From positions 23,809 to 87,808 of the forward strand of contig DAOVJY010000003.1 of assembly GCA_030632085.1 (NCBI GenBank): a stretch of DNA of 64,000 nt, written 5' to 3'. Origin of the DNA: Candidatus Omnitrophota bacterium (GTDB lineage: Bacteria > Omnitrophota > Gorgyraeia > JAGLLT01). Each line of letters opens with the position of its first letter. Position 1 is the stretch's first letter. Positions 26,401 to 35,269 of the stretch are shown here, piece after piece. Made by a program: the position numbers and the translations under genes. Under the pieces are notes generated by a model. The model was not told where the DNA came from, searched no databases, and saw only the letters and a list, made by a program, of their open reading frames with translations.

Positions 26401-27018
26401 ATGAAAAATATTTCACGTAAGACAGTTGATAGAGCGCTTATTTATATAAGAACTCTTGATCACTTAATAAAAGAAAAACGTTATCTGGTTTCGTCAAAGG
26501 ATTTGGCCTTGATTACCGGCATTAGTGACGTGCAGATACGCAAGGATATATCCAACTTCGGCAAGGTCGGAAGGCCGAGAATAGGATATAAGACGGCTGA
26601 GCTGAATAAAACCTTAAAAGGTTTTGTTCTGCAGGAGAATGTTGTTCATGTGGCGCTCTTTGGCGTGGGGCATCTGGGTACGGCTATGTTGAGTTATCCG
26701 GCCTTTAATGAAGACAACATCAAATTAGTTGCCGCCTTTGAAAAGGATAAGAGCAAGATAGGCAAAAAGATAAACGGCGTCAAGGTTTATTCTGTAGAGA
26801 CGGCTCCAAAGATTATCAAAAGAACGCACGCCGATTTAGGGATAATTGCCGTTCCCGCCTCTCATAGCCAGGAGGTAGCGGACATTATGGTTTTATCCGG
26901 CCTGAAGGGTATAGTGAACTTCGCGCCAGCATCAATCAGCGTTCCTAAAAGTGTGAGTGTTAAAGATATTGATTTTACAATAGAACTTCTCTCACTCTTT
27001 TGCAATAATTTGCAATAA
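26401..27018 (+). CDS. rex: Redox-sensing transcriptional repressor Rex
   Basis: QIRKDIS.FG..G....GY, GVGHLG, GIVNFAP. Confidence 0.93.
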   Translation: MKNISRKTVDRALIYIRTLDHLIKEKRYLVSSKDLALITGISDVQIRKDISNFGKVGRPRIGYKTAELNKTLKGFVLQENVVHVALFGVGHLGTAMLSYPAFNEDNIKLVAAFEKDKSKIGKKINGVKVYSVETAPKIIKRTHADLGIIAVPASHSQEVADIMVLSGLKGIVNFAPASISVPKSVSVKDIDFTIELLSLFCNNLQ

Positions 27019-27059
27019 TTAAATATAGTATAATGATATATAAAAACAATTAATAGGAG

Positions 27060-27545
27060 ATGGTTATGGTAAATGAGTGCGCGGTTCCAAAAAAAATTAT
27101 TAAGGGCGGTAAAGAAGTGATGGTTTGTGATGAAACCCGCTCAAGGCTTCTTCCTGTGCTGCAGGACATTCAGGATAAAAAGGGGTACATATCGGATAAG
27201 AATATGCAGGAAGTAGCAGATATGTTTGGCATTCATCCGGTTGAAGTCTTTTCTGTAATTACCTTTTATTCCTTTTTATCAGAGAAGAAAAAAGGTAAGC
27301 ATATCATTAGGGTGAGTAATTGCGTTTCAAACGTGATGGCAGGCAGTGAGAAGATTGTCAAGGAGTTTGAAAAGGTACTTATGATCGAAATCGGCCAGAC
27401 AACCAAAGACGGCGAGTTTACTCTTGAGAGAACCAGTTGTATTGGTATGTGTAATGAGGCGCCGGCTATTATGGTTGATGATAAATTGATAGGGAAAGTA
27501 ACCCCTCAAAGGGTAAAAAAAATAATCCAGGAGCAGAAGCAATGA
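27060..27545 (+). CDS. [FeFe]-hydrogenase [2Fe-2S] subunit (NuoE/HydC-like)
   Basis: LQDIQDKKGYIS, TFYSF, CIGMCNEAP. Confidence 0.88.
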   Translation: MVMVNECAVPKKIIKGGKEVMVCDETRSRLLPVLQDIQDKKGYISDKNMQEVADMFGIHPVEVFSVITFYSFLSEKKKGKHIIRVSNCVSNVMAGSEKIVKEFEKVLMIEIGQTTKDGEFTLERTSCIGMCNEAPAIMVDDKLIGKVTPQRVKKIIQEQKQ

Positions 27546-28777
27546 AAGTAAAAGACAAAAAAACAAAAGAGTTGCCAAAAAGGCAAGGGTTGGTTATTTT
27601 TAGTGAAATTGAAAACGGGGCAGGATTAAAGAAAGCCCTTAAAATAAAAAAAGAGCAGGTTGTTGCCGAGATAAGCGCCTCAAATTTAAAGGGCAGAGGT
27701 GGAGCCGGTTTCCCCGCGGGGCTAAAATGGAAGTTCGCGGCCCAGGAAAAGGATGAGCAAAAATATGTTGTCTGTAACGCGGACGAAGGGGAGCCGGGTA
27801 CTTTTAAGGATAAGGTGCTCCTTTCTGAGTATGCTCCGTTGTTTTTGGAGGGTATGGTTATCGCGGCTTATGCCGTTGGGGCCAAGCAAGGTTTTGTTTA
27901 TTTGCGAGGAGAATATAGATCGTTTGTGCCGGCTTTAGAAAGTGAGCTGAAAGAGATGAAAAAAAACAATCTCCTCGGTGAAAATATCGGCGGTAAAAAG
28001 GGATTTAATTTTGATATAGAAATTCGTTTGGGCGCCGGGGCTTATATCTGCGGCGAGGAAACAGCTTTAATAGAATCTCTTGAAGGAAATCGCGGTGAGC
28101 CGAGAAATAGGCCGCCTTTTCCGGTTAATACCGGTTATAACGGCCATCCAACGATTGTCAATAACGTAGAAACATTCGCGGCAGTAGTTCATATAGCTGC
28201 CAAAGGAGCGGACTGGTTTAAAGTGATAGGAACGGAAAAGTCAGCCGGCACAAAGTTATTGAGTGTCTCCGGTGACTGTAAAAAACCGGGGGTTTATGAG
28301 GCTGCCTACGGTATTTCAATAAAAGAGATACTTAAAATGACTGACGCCAAAGATGTCAAAGCGGTGCAGGTTGGCGGTGCATCGGGAGTTTGTGTACCTA
28401 AAAGTCAGTTTGACCGCACAATTGCTTATGAAGATTTATCTACCGGCGGCTCCATTATCATTTTCGGCCAAAAAAGAAATCTACTTGATGCTGCTGAAAA
28501 CTTTCTTGAGTTTTTTGAGGAGGAGTCCTGCGGGCAGTGTACGCCGTGCAGGGAAGGAATTCCGGTATTAATAGAGGCCGTCAAAATGTTAAAAAAAGGA
28601 GAGTGCGGCAAGGAATACTTAAAAGACATCCTTTCTTTATGTGAGACGATGCAATTAGCTTCAAAGTGCGGCCTGGGACAGTCTTGCCCCAACGCCTTTA
28701 TTTCTATAATAAATAATTTTAAGAAAGATTATGCTTTATCAAAAAACAGTAAACAGGAGAAAACATTCAATGGATAA
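27542..28777 (+). CDS. [FeFe]-hydrogenase NADH/FMN-binding subunit (NuoF/HydB-like, short)
   Basis: GRGGAGFP, NADEGEPGTFKD, GAGAYICGEET, ESCGQCTPCREG. Confidence 0.92.
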   Translation: MKVKDKKTKELPKRQGLVIFSEIENGAGLKKALKIKKEQVVAEISASNLKGRGGAGFPAGLKWKFAAQEKDEQKYVVCNADEGEPGTFKDKVLLSEYAPLFLEGMVIAAYAVGAKQGFVYLRGEYRSFVPALESELKEMKKNNLLGENIGGKKGFNFDIEIRLGAGAYICGEETALIESLEGNRGEPRNRPPFPVNTGYNGHPTIVNNVETFAAVVHIAAKGADWFKVIGTEKSAGTKLLSVSGDCKKPGVYEAAYGISIKEILKMTDAKDVKAVQVGGASGVCVPKSQFDRTIAYEDLSTGGSIIIFGQKRNLLDAAENFLEFFEEESCGQCTPCREGIPVLIEAVKMLKKGECGKEYLKDILSLCETMQLASKCGLGQSCPNAFISIINNFKKDYALSKNSKQEKTFNG

Positions 28778-30668
28778 TAAAAAACCATTCGCGGAGGATA
28801 CGTCCAGAGCTCCCGTAAGCCAGAGAACCCAACCGGTTAGTGAAGCGGACAAGAAGGCTTTGGGCGCGACGGTAAAGATTGTAATTGATGATGTAGAAAT
28901 TACGGTGCCGTTGGGCACGACTATTTTAGACGCGGCTAAAGAGGTTAATATTAAAATTCCTACGCTTTGCCATCATGATGACCTTTGTCTGGCAGGCGTT
29001 TGCCGTATGTGCGTGGTTGAAGTAGAAGGCGAACGAACCCTTCAGGCGGCCTGTTCGTATCCTATATTTCGCCCCATTAAAGTAAAAACTTACTCTCCAG
29101 CTGTAAGGCGAGCAAGGAGAAACATTATTCAGCTTAGTTTAAGAAGGCATTATGGAGAGTGTTACTCTTGCGCCAGAAACAACAACTGCGAACTGCAGAC
29201 GCTGGCCAAGGAGTATGGAGTAACGACATATAAATTCGGCCACGTTAGCGAGCCGCTGTATGAAAAAGATTTCTCGAGTCATTCTCTTGAACGCGATATG
29301 AATAAATGTGTTTTGTGCCGCCGTTGTGTCAGGACATGTATTGACTTGCAGGAAGTTGGTGTACTGGAAGCGGCTTATAGGGGATCCGAGACTAAGATTG
29401 TAACTTATTTAGACAAACCGCTTACGGATGTAATCTGTATTAACTGCGGCCAGTGTATTAACAGATGCCCGACGGGCGCCTTAAAAGCAAAGGATCCTTC
29501 GCAGGCAGTTTGGGATGTGATAGAAGATCCCACTAAACATGTTATTATCCAAACAGCTCCCAGTCCACGCGCGGCTATCGGAGAAGAGTTTGGGCTACCA
29601 GCTGGCACAAGTGTTACAAAAAAATTGAATACCGCTCTTAAAAGAGTAGGATTTGACAAAGTTTTTGATACTAATTTTACGGCTGACCTTACTATAATGG
29701 AAGAGGGCACCGAACTGCTTTTGAGATTAAAGAAGGTTTTGGTAGAAAAGGATAAAAATGTTAAGCTTCCTCAGTTTACTTCGTGTTCTCCCGGTTGGGT
29801 GAAATACATAGAGCACTTTTATCCGGAGAAACTTGGACATGTATCAAGCTGTAAGTCTCCTCAGCAAATGTTTGGGGCTATTGCCAAGACATGGTATGCC
29901 GAGAAAAATAACATTGACGCGAAGAATATCGTCAGTGTTTCTCTTATGCCTTGCTCGGCTAAAAAGTTTGAGTGTGAGCGGCCGGAAATGGACGACTCCG
30001 GATTTAAGGACGTAGATTATGCCCTAACAACGCGTGAGTTGGCGGGGATGATTAAGGAGTGTGGTATTGATCTGCCGAACCTTCCTGATTCAGACTTTGA
30101 TGACCCGCTTGGTATTGGCTCGGGCGCGGCCTTGATATTTGGAGCGACCGGCGGTGTTATGGAGGCGGCCTTAAGAACCGCTTATGAGATAGTAACAGGA
30201 GAAGAAGTTCCTTTTAAAAAATTAAATATTACCCCGGTAAGAGGTATGGATGGTATCAGAACTGCCGAGATTCCAATTAAGAAAGCTGTTAAAGATTGGA
30301 AGTTTTTAGAAGGCGCGACACTTAAGGTGATGATTGGCCACGGTACGGCAAATGCCAAGAAGATAATGGATATGCTTTGCGAAGGCAAACTTGACGGTTA
30401 TCATTTTATTGAGATTATGGCCTGCCCGGGTGGTTGTTTAGGCGGCGGCGGACAGCCTATACCTACGAGTCCTGCCATTAGAGAGGCCAGAGCTAAGGCG
30501 ATTTATAAAGAAGACCAAGGGCTTCCTTATAGAAAATCTCATGATAATCCGATAATAAAGCAGATATATAAAGAGTTCCTTACCGATGGGCCGTGCGGGC
30601 ACAAGAGCCATAAGCTATTGCATACTTCTTATACCGCGCGCGGCAAGTGGATAGGAAAGAAAAAATAA
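28770..30668 (+). CDS. hydA: [FeFe]-hydrogenase catalytic subunit, group A
   Basis: H-cluster motifs TSCSPGW, MPCSAKKFE, EIMACPGGCLGGGGQP; N-terminal FeS motifs; ATG at 28770 after GGAG (track start 28731). Confidence 0.95.
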   Translation: MDNKKPFAEDTSRAPVSQRTQPVSEADKKALGATVKIVIDDVEITVPLGTTILDAAKEVNIKIPTLCHHDDLCLAGVCRMCVVEVEGERTLQAACSYPIFRPIKVKTYSPAVRRARRNIIQLSLRRHYGECYSCARNNNCELQTLAKEYGVTTYKFGHVSEPLYEKDFSSHSLERDMNKCVLCRRCVRTCIDLQEVGVLEAAYRGSETKIVTYLDKPLTDVICINCGQCINRCPTGALKAKDPSQAVWDVIEDPTKHVIIQTAPSPRAAIGEEFGLPAGTSVTKKLNTALKRVGFDKVFDTNFTADLTIMEEGTELLLRLKKVLVEKDKNVKLPQFTSCSPGWVKYIEHFYPEKLGHVSSCKSPQQMFGAIAKTWYAEKNNIDAKNIVSVSLMPCSAKKFECERPEMDDSGFKDVDYALTTRELAGMIKECGIDLPNLPDSDFDDPLGIGSGAALIFGATGGVMEAALRTAYEIVTGEEVPFKKLNITPVRGMDGIRTAEIPIKKAVKDWKFLEGATLKVMIGHGTANAKKIMDMLCEGKLDGYHFIEIMACPGGCLGGGGQPIPTSPAIREARAKAIYKEDQGLPYRKSHDNPIIKQIYKEFLTDGPCGHKSHKLLHTSYTARGKWIGKKK

Positions 30669-30764
30669 GAAACATCGTATAGAAAGTAAATTAAAGCGGA
30701 AAATTAAATTCCTGCGATAAGGGCTTGGGGTTTAAGTTCAAGGGAAGTAAACGGGAACATTATA

Positions 30765-30810
30765 CCCGGCCTTATCGTAAGAAAAATGGATAAGGCCGGG
30801 TTTTTGTTTT
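30765..30810 (+). terminator. Intrinsic terminator after hydrogenase structural genes
   Basis: CCCGGCCTTATC...GATAAGGCCGGG followed by T-run. Confidence 0.75.
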
Positions 30811-31057
30811 GGTAATGTCAAAAGTTGTGTGAAAAGAAGCAATAAAATAACCAAGGTACAAGAAACAATAACCAAATAATAACCAATGACCAAATTCAAA
30901 TAACCAAACCAAAGCAGAAGCAACTGTTTGATTATTGGATATTGAAATTTGAATATTGTTTGCATCTTGCTTGTGCCCGTAAGAGCATATCTTGGTTATT
31001 GGTGATTTAAACTTAAATAATTTTGACAATACGTTTATTTTATAGGGAGGTAAATAT

Positions 31058-31309
31058 ATGGATAAGCGATTGGGGTTTGTGGGAATAATTTTAGAGAACA
31101 GAAAAGAAAAAGCGCCCTTGGTAAATGAAGTGCTTACGTCATACGGAGATATTATTATTGCCAGGACAGGATTGCCCTATAAAGAAAAGCACTGCAGCGT
31201 AATTACGCTCATAGTTGACGCGACAACTGATGAATTGGGAGCTATAACCGGAAAACTTGGAGCTATAGAAGGCGTCTCCGTTAAAGCAGCCCTAAGCAAA
31301 GGAAAATAA
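31058..31309 (+). CDS. TM1266-family iron-only hydrogenase system regulator
   Basis: RLGFVGII, R.GLPY, GKLGAIEGVSVK; position before hydF. Confidence 0.85.
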   Translation: MDKRLGFVGIILENRKEKAPLVNEVLTSYGDIIIARTGLPYKEKHCSVITLIVDATTDELGAITGKLGAIEGVSVKAALSKGK

Positions 31310-31310
31310 G

Positions 31311-32564
31311 ATGAAGAAAACGCCCAAATCCTTAAGATTGCAATTGGGTTTATTTGGAAGAACTAATACGGGCAAATCGAGTTTTCTTAATATGGCGGCC
31401 GGGCAGGATGTAGCTATTACGTCAAGCACGCCGGGGACGACTACTGACGTTGTCGAAAAATCTATGGAACTTTTGCCTGTGGGGCCGGTTGTATTTTTGG
31501 ATACCGCGGGAATGGACGATGTTTCAGAGTTAGGCAGTTTGCGTATAAGAAAAAGCCGTAAGATACTTGACAGAGCTGATATTTACATACTAATTGCCGA
31601 GCCGGATATCTGGACTGAGTATGAAGAAACCATATTTAAAGAAGCCGGGATTAGAAAAACTCCGGTTATAGTAGTTGTAAATAAGGTTGATCAGAAGAAA
31701 CCCGGTGAATTATTTTTAAAAAAGATTAAAGAAAAGACAGAGATGGTAATCTTTTGTTCAAGTATTAATCTTGAGCAAAGGGATGATTATATTAATCCCC
31801 TAAAGGAGTATATTATCTCGTGCTGTCCGGATGATTTTATTAATCCGCCGGCTATTATCGGGGATTTAATTCCGCGTAAAGGTATCGCGGTTTTGATTGT
31901 GCCCATTGATAAGGAAGCTCCTAAGGGCAGGATAATACTCCCCCAGGTTCATACTATAAGAGATAATCTTGATAACAATCAGGCATCAGTCGTAGTAAAG
32001 GAAAGTGAATACCCAAAAATACTTGATAAATTTAAGAAGCCGGTTGATATCGTTGTTTGTGATTCTCAAGTAGTTGATTATATGGTTAAACATACGCCGG
32101 AAAATATTAAATGTACAACATTTTCAATGCTCTTTTCGCGTCATAAAGGCGATTTAAAGGCGGCGGTAAGAGCGGTTTCTGTGATAGATAGTTTAAAGGA
32201 TAGAGATAAGATATTAATAGCTGAGGCTTGCAGTCATCATCCGATAGAAGATGATATAGGCAGGGTAAAAATTCCCCGCTGGCTCAAAGAATACACGGGA
32301 GTTGACCTGCAAATAGATACCTGCGCGGGCAGGGATTACCCGGATAATATAAGCGATTACAAGCTGGTTATTCATTGCGGCGGCTGTATGATTACCAGAA
32401 GAGAAATGCTAATGCGCATTCAAAAAGCCAAGGAAGCCGGTGTGGGAATTTCAAATTACGGAGTAGTTATTTCATATTTACATGGAACTTTAGAAAGAGT
32501 GCTGAGTCCATTTAAAGACGCACTTTGGATTTTACAAAAAGGAGCAACAAATGGAATTAAATAA
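31311..32564 (+). CDS. hydF: [FeFe]-hydrogenase maturation GTPase
   Basis: GRTNTGKSS, DTAG, NKVD, EACSHH, HCGGC. Confidence 0.95.
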   Translation: MKKTPKSLRLQLGLFGRTNTGKSSFLNMAAGQDVAITSSTPGTTTDVVEKSMELLPVGPVVFLDTAGMDDVSELGSLRIRKSRKILDRADIYILIAEPDIWTEYEETIFKEAGIRKTPVIVVVNKVDQKKPGELFLKKIKEKTEMVIFCSSINLEQRDDYINPLKEYIISCCPDDFINPPAIIGDLIPRKGIAVLIVPIDKEAPKGRIILPQVHTIRDNLDNNQASVVVKESEYPKILDKFKKPVDIVVCDSQVVDYMVKHTPENIKCTTFSMLFSRHKGDLKAAVRAVSVIDSLKDRDKILIAEACSHHPIEDDIGRVKIPRWLKEYTGVDLQIDTCAGRDYPDNISDYKLVIHCGGCMITRREMLMRIQKAKEAGVGISNYGVVISYLHGTLERVLSPFKDALWILQKGATNGIK

Positions 32565-34047
32565 TACGGATACTGCCGGTTGGATCAAAAATAGAATTAA
32601 GCAAGACGAGATAGATAAATATCTTAAAAATGGTAAGGATTTTATTAATGATGATTTAATTGAAGCTACAATAAAGTCTAACACGAAACCGGACAAGAAG
32701 ATGGTAGAGGACATCATAAGCAAATCCCTGGCAATTAATGCTCTTAGCCTGGATGAGACAGCTTATCTTTTAAATGTCGAGGATGCTGAACTGTTATCTA
32801 TGATGCAAGAAGCAGCTTTAATAATTAAGAAAAAAGTTTATGATAATAGAATTGTAACCTTTGCCCCTCTATACATGTCTAATATATGTGTCAATAACTG
32901 CCAATATTGCGGTTTTAGATATTCTAATCAAGAAGCCGATAGAAGGGTTTTAACACAACAGGAAGTCAGAATGGAAACTGAAGTCCTGGCCGGTGAAATA
33001 GGACATAAGCGGCTCATTGTGGTTTATGGAGAGCATCCGAATACCGACTATGAGTATATAGCGGATACTCTTAAGACCATATATAGCGTTAAGGTGCCCA
33101 CAAAAAACGGTTTTGGGCAAATAAGAAGAGCTAATGTTAACGCGGCACCTATGTCTATTGAAGCTTTGAGGTATCTGCATAAAGTTGGCATTGGCACTTA
33201 TCAGGCTTTTCAGGAAACCTATCATCATAAAACCTATGAGGCCGTGCATCCGAAAAATACTATTAAGGGAAATTATAAATGGCGTTTATATTGTATGCAT
33301 AGAGCCATGGAAGCCGGGGTTGACGATGTTGGCTTAGGGGCCTTATTCGGGCTCTATGATTGGAAGTTTGAGGTTATGGCCTTGATTGCCCACGCCCATG
33401 AGTTAGAAACTGCTTTTGGTATCGGGCCGCATACTATTTCATTTCCGAGGCTGGAGCCGGCTGAAAATACTCCATTTACTAAAAACAGTAAATATATGGT
33501 TAGTAATAATGATTTCTTAAAATTGATTACTGTTATAAGATTAGCTGTGCCTTACACAGGTATGATTATTACAGCCAGAGAGTCGCGTGAGATGAGGACT
33601 AAATCTCTGAAATTAGGTATAACTCAGACTGATGCTTCAACTAAAATAGGTATCGGGGCTTATGCCGCTCACACTGATGACCAGCAGGGCAATAAACAGC
33701 AATTTTATTTAGGAGACACCAGGAGTTTAGATGAGGTTATAAGAGAGTTTGCTGAATTGGGTTATATCACCTCTTTTTGTACTGCCGGTTATCGTTGCGG
33801 TAGAACCGGTAAATGCATCATGGATTTACTTAGAACGGGAGCTGAAGGTAAATATTGTAAACTTAACGCCGTTTTAACATATAGAGAATGGTTAGACGAT
33901 TTTGCCAGTGAAAAAACAAAAGAGGCGGGAGAGCGAGTAATAGAAAAAGAAATACTAGAGGTTAAAAATACTATGCCCAAGGTATATAATCAATTTATGG
34001 AATATTACAAAAGGATTAAAGGTGGAGAAAGAGACATCTATTTCTAA
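32551..34047 (+). CDS. hydG: [FeFe]-hydrogenase maturation radical SAM
   Basis: CVNNCQYC, GPHTISFPR, SFCTAGYR...CKLNA. Confidence 0.95.
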   Translation: MELNNTDTAGWIKNRIKQDEIDKYLKNGKDFINDDLIEATIKSNTKPDKKMVEDIISKSLAINALSLDETAYLLNVEDAELLSMMQEAALIIKKKVYDNRIVTFAPLYMSNICVNNCQYCGFRYSNQEADRRVLTQQEVRMETEVLAGEIGHKRLIVVYGEHPNTDYEYIADTLKTIYSVKVPTKNGFGQIRRANVNAAPMSIEALRYLHKVGIGTYQAFQETYHHKTYEAVHPKNTIKGNYKWRLYCMHRAMEAGVDDVGLGALFGLYDWKFEVMALIAHAHELETAFGIGPHTISFPRLEPAENTPFTKNSKYMVSNNDFLKLITVIRLAVPYTGMIITARESREMRTKSLKLGITQTDASTKIGIGAYAAHTDDQQGNKQQFYLGDTRSLDEVIREFAELGYITSFCTAGYRCGRTGKCIMDLLRTGAEGKYCKLNAVLTYREWLDDFASEKTKEAGERVIEKEILEVKNTMPKVYNQFMEYYKRIKGGERDIYF

Positions 34048-34297
34048 AGATATAATTATCGTTTTTAATCAAAAAGCCCAAGAGATAAAGGATAAATATT
34101 CTCTTAATTTACAGTTAGTTGAAATTTTCGGCAGTCGGTGGTCTTATGTGGCTGGTTATATAGATAAAAACCGGGTTAATTTGCCGCCGGTTAAACTAAA
34201 GCTAACTGATAAAATCGGGGTGCTTATTTATAACGGCAATCAAACCTCACTTGTTTTAGAGAAGATTCAAAGTACGTTATTAGAAATAGTAAGATGA
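34022..34297 (+). CDS. Small hypothetical protein
   Basis: Overlaps both neighbours within the operon; RWSYVAG. Confidence 0.6.
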   Translation: MEKETSISKDIIIVFNQKAQEIKDKYSLNLQLVEIFGSRWSYVAGYIDKNRVNLPPVKLKLTDKIGVLIYNGNQTSLVLEKIQSTLLEIVR

Positions 34298-35268
34298 ATA
34301 AAAGCCAAATCATTAAATTTCTAAAAACCCAAGATATTAAACCTCTAATTAAAGAAGCCGATAGAATAAGACGCCTTTATTGTCATGATGAAGTTTTAAT
34401 TAGGGGGCTTGTTGAATTTTCAAACTACTGCGTAAGGGGTTGTCTTTATTGCGGCTTGAGAGCGGCAAACCAAAAAGTAAAACGCTACCGAATGCCGATA
34501 AAGGGTATTTTAGCCGCAGCCCGGGTAATTGCCGATGAGGGCATTAAGACTATAGTATTGCAGTCAGGAGATGATTTCTTTTATACCAAAGAGAAAGTAG
34601 TAAAATTAATAAAAGATATTAAAAAGATAAATAAAGGCACGGCGCTAACCTTATCAATTGGAGAAAGGCCCATAGAGGAGTATAAAGCCTTTTTTGATGC
34701 CGGAGCTGACAGATATTTAATAAGGCACGAAACGGCTAACTCTATTCTGTATAAAAAAATTCATCCTAAACAAAGTCTCGAAAAACGTAAAGCTATTTTG
34801 TATAATTTAAAAAAGATTGGCTATCAGATTGGCTGTGGCGGTATAATAGGCTTGCCGGGGCAAACCATAGAAGATTTAGCGGAGGATGTTCTTTTCATAA
34901 AAGATATACAGCCCGATATGGTTGGTATGGGGCCTTTTATTCCCCAGGATGATACACCCTTAGCAGGCAATAAATCCCCGACTGAAAAATTAGTTTTAAA
35001 GATGCTGGCCTTAACTAGAATAGTTACTAAAAACGCGCATATACCGGCAACAACGGCTCTGGCAACCCTTGATCAAAAACAAGGTTACACTCGAGGGCTT
35101 AAAGCCGGTTGCAATGTCATTATGGTTAGCTTTACACCGGATTTATATAAGATTAATTATAAAATTTATAATAACAAGGAATGTACTGATATAAAGAATG
35201 CCAGGGAGGCAATAAAAAAAGCCAAAAGGACAATGTCCTTTGAGCGTGGCGATTCCCTAAAAAAATAG
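34294..35268 (+). CDS. hydE: [FeFe]-hydrogenase maturation radical SAM
   Basis: RGLVEFSNYCVRGCLYCGLR, RHET, IPATTAL. Confidence 0.93.
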   Translation: MNKSQIIKFLKTQDIKPLIKEADRIRRLYCHDEVLIRGLVEFSNYCVRGCLYCGLRAANQKVKRYRMPIKGILAAARVIADEGIKTIVLQSGDDFFYTKEKVVKLIKDIKKINKGTALTLSIGERPIEEYKAFFDAGADRYLIRHETANSILYKKIHPKQSLEKRKAILYNLKKIGYQIGCGGIIGLPGQTIEDLAEDVLFIKDIQPDMVGMGPFIPQDDTPLAGNKSPTEKLVLKMLALTRIVTKNAHIPATTALATLDQKQGYTRGLKAGCNVIMVSFTPDLYKINYKIYNNKECTDIKNAREAIKKAKRTMSFERGDSLKK

Positions 35269-35269
35269 T

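Noticed and set aside
27060-28777. Respiratory complex I nuoEF
   Set aside because: Adjacent to an H-cluster subunit and hydEFG, with no membrane nuo genes.
30738-31029. Two minus-strand ORFs
   Set aside because: They are translations of the low-complexity heptamer repeat.
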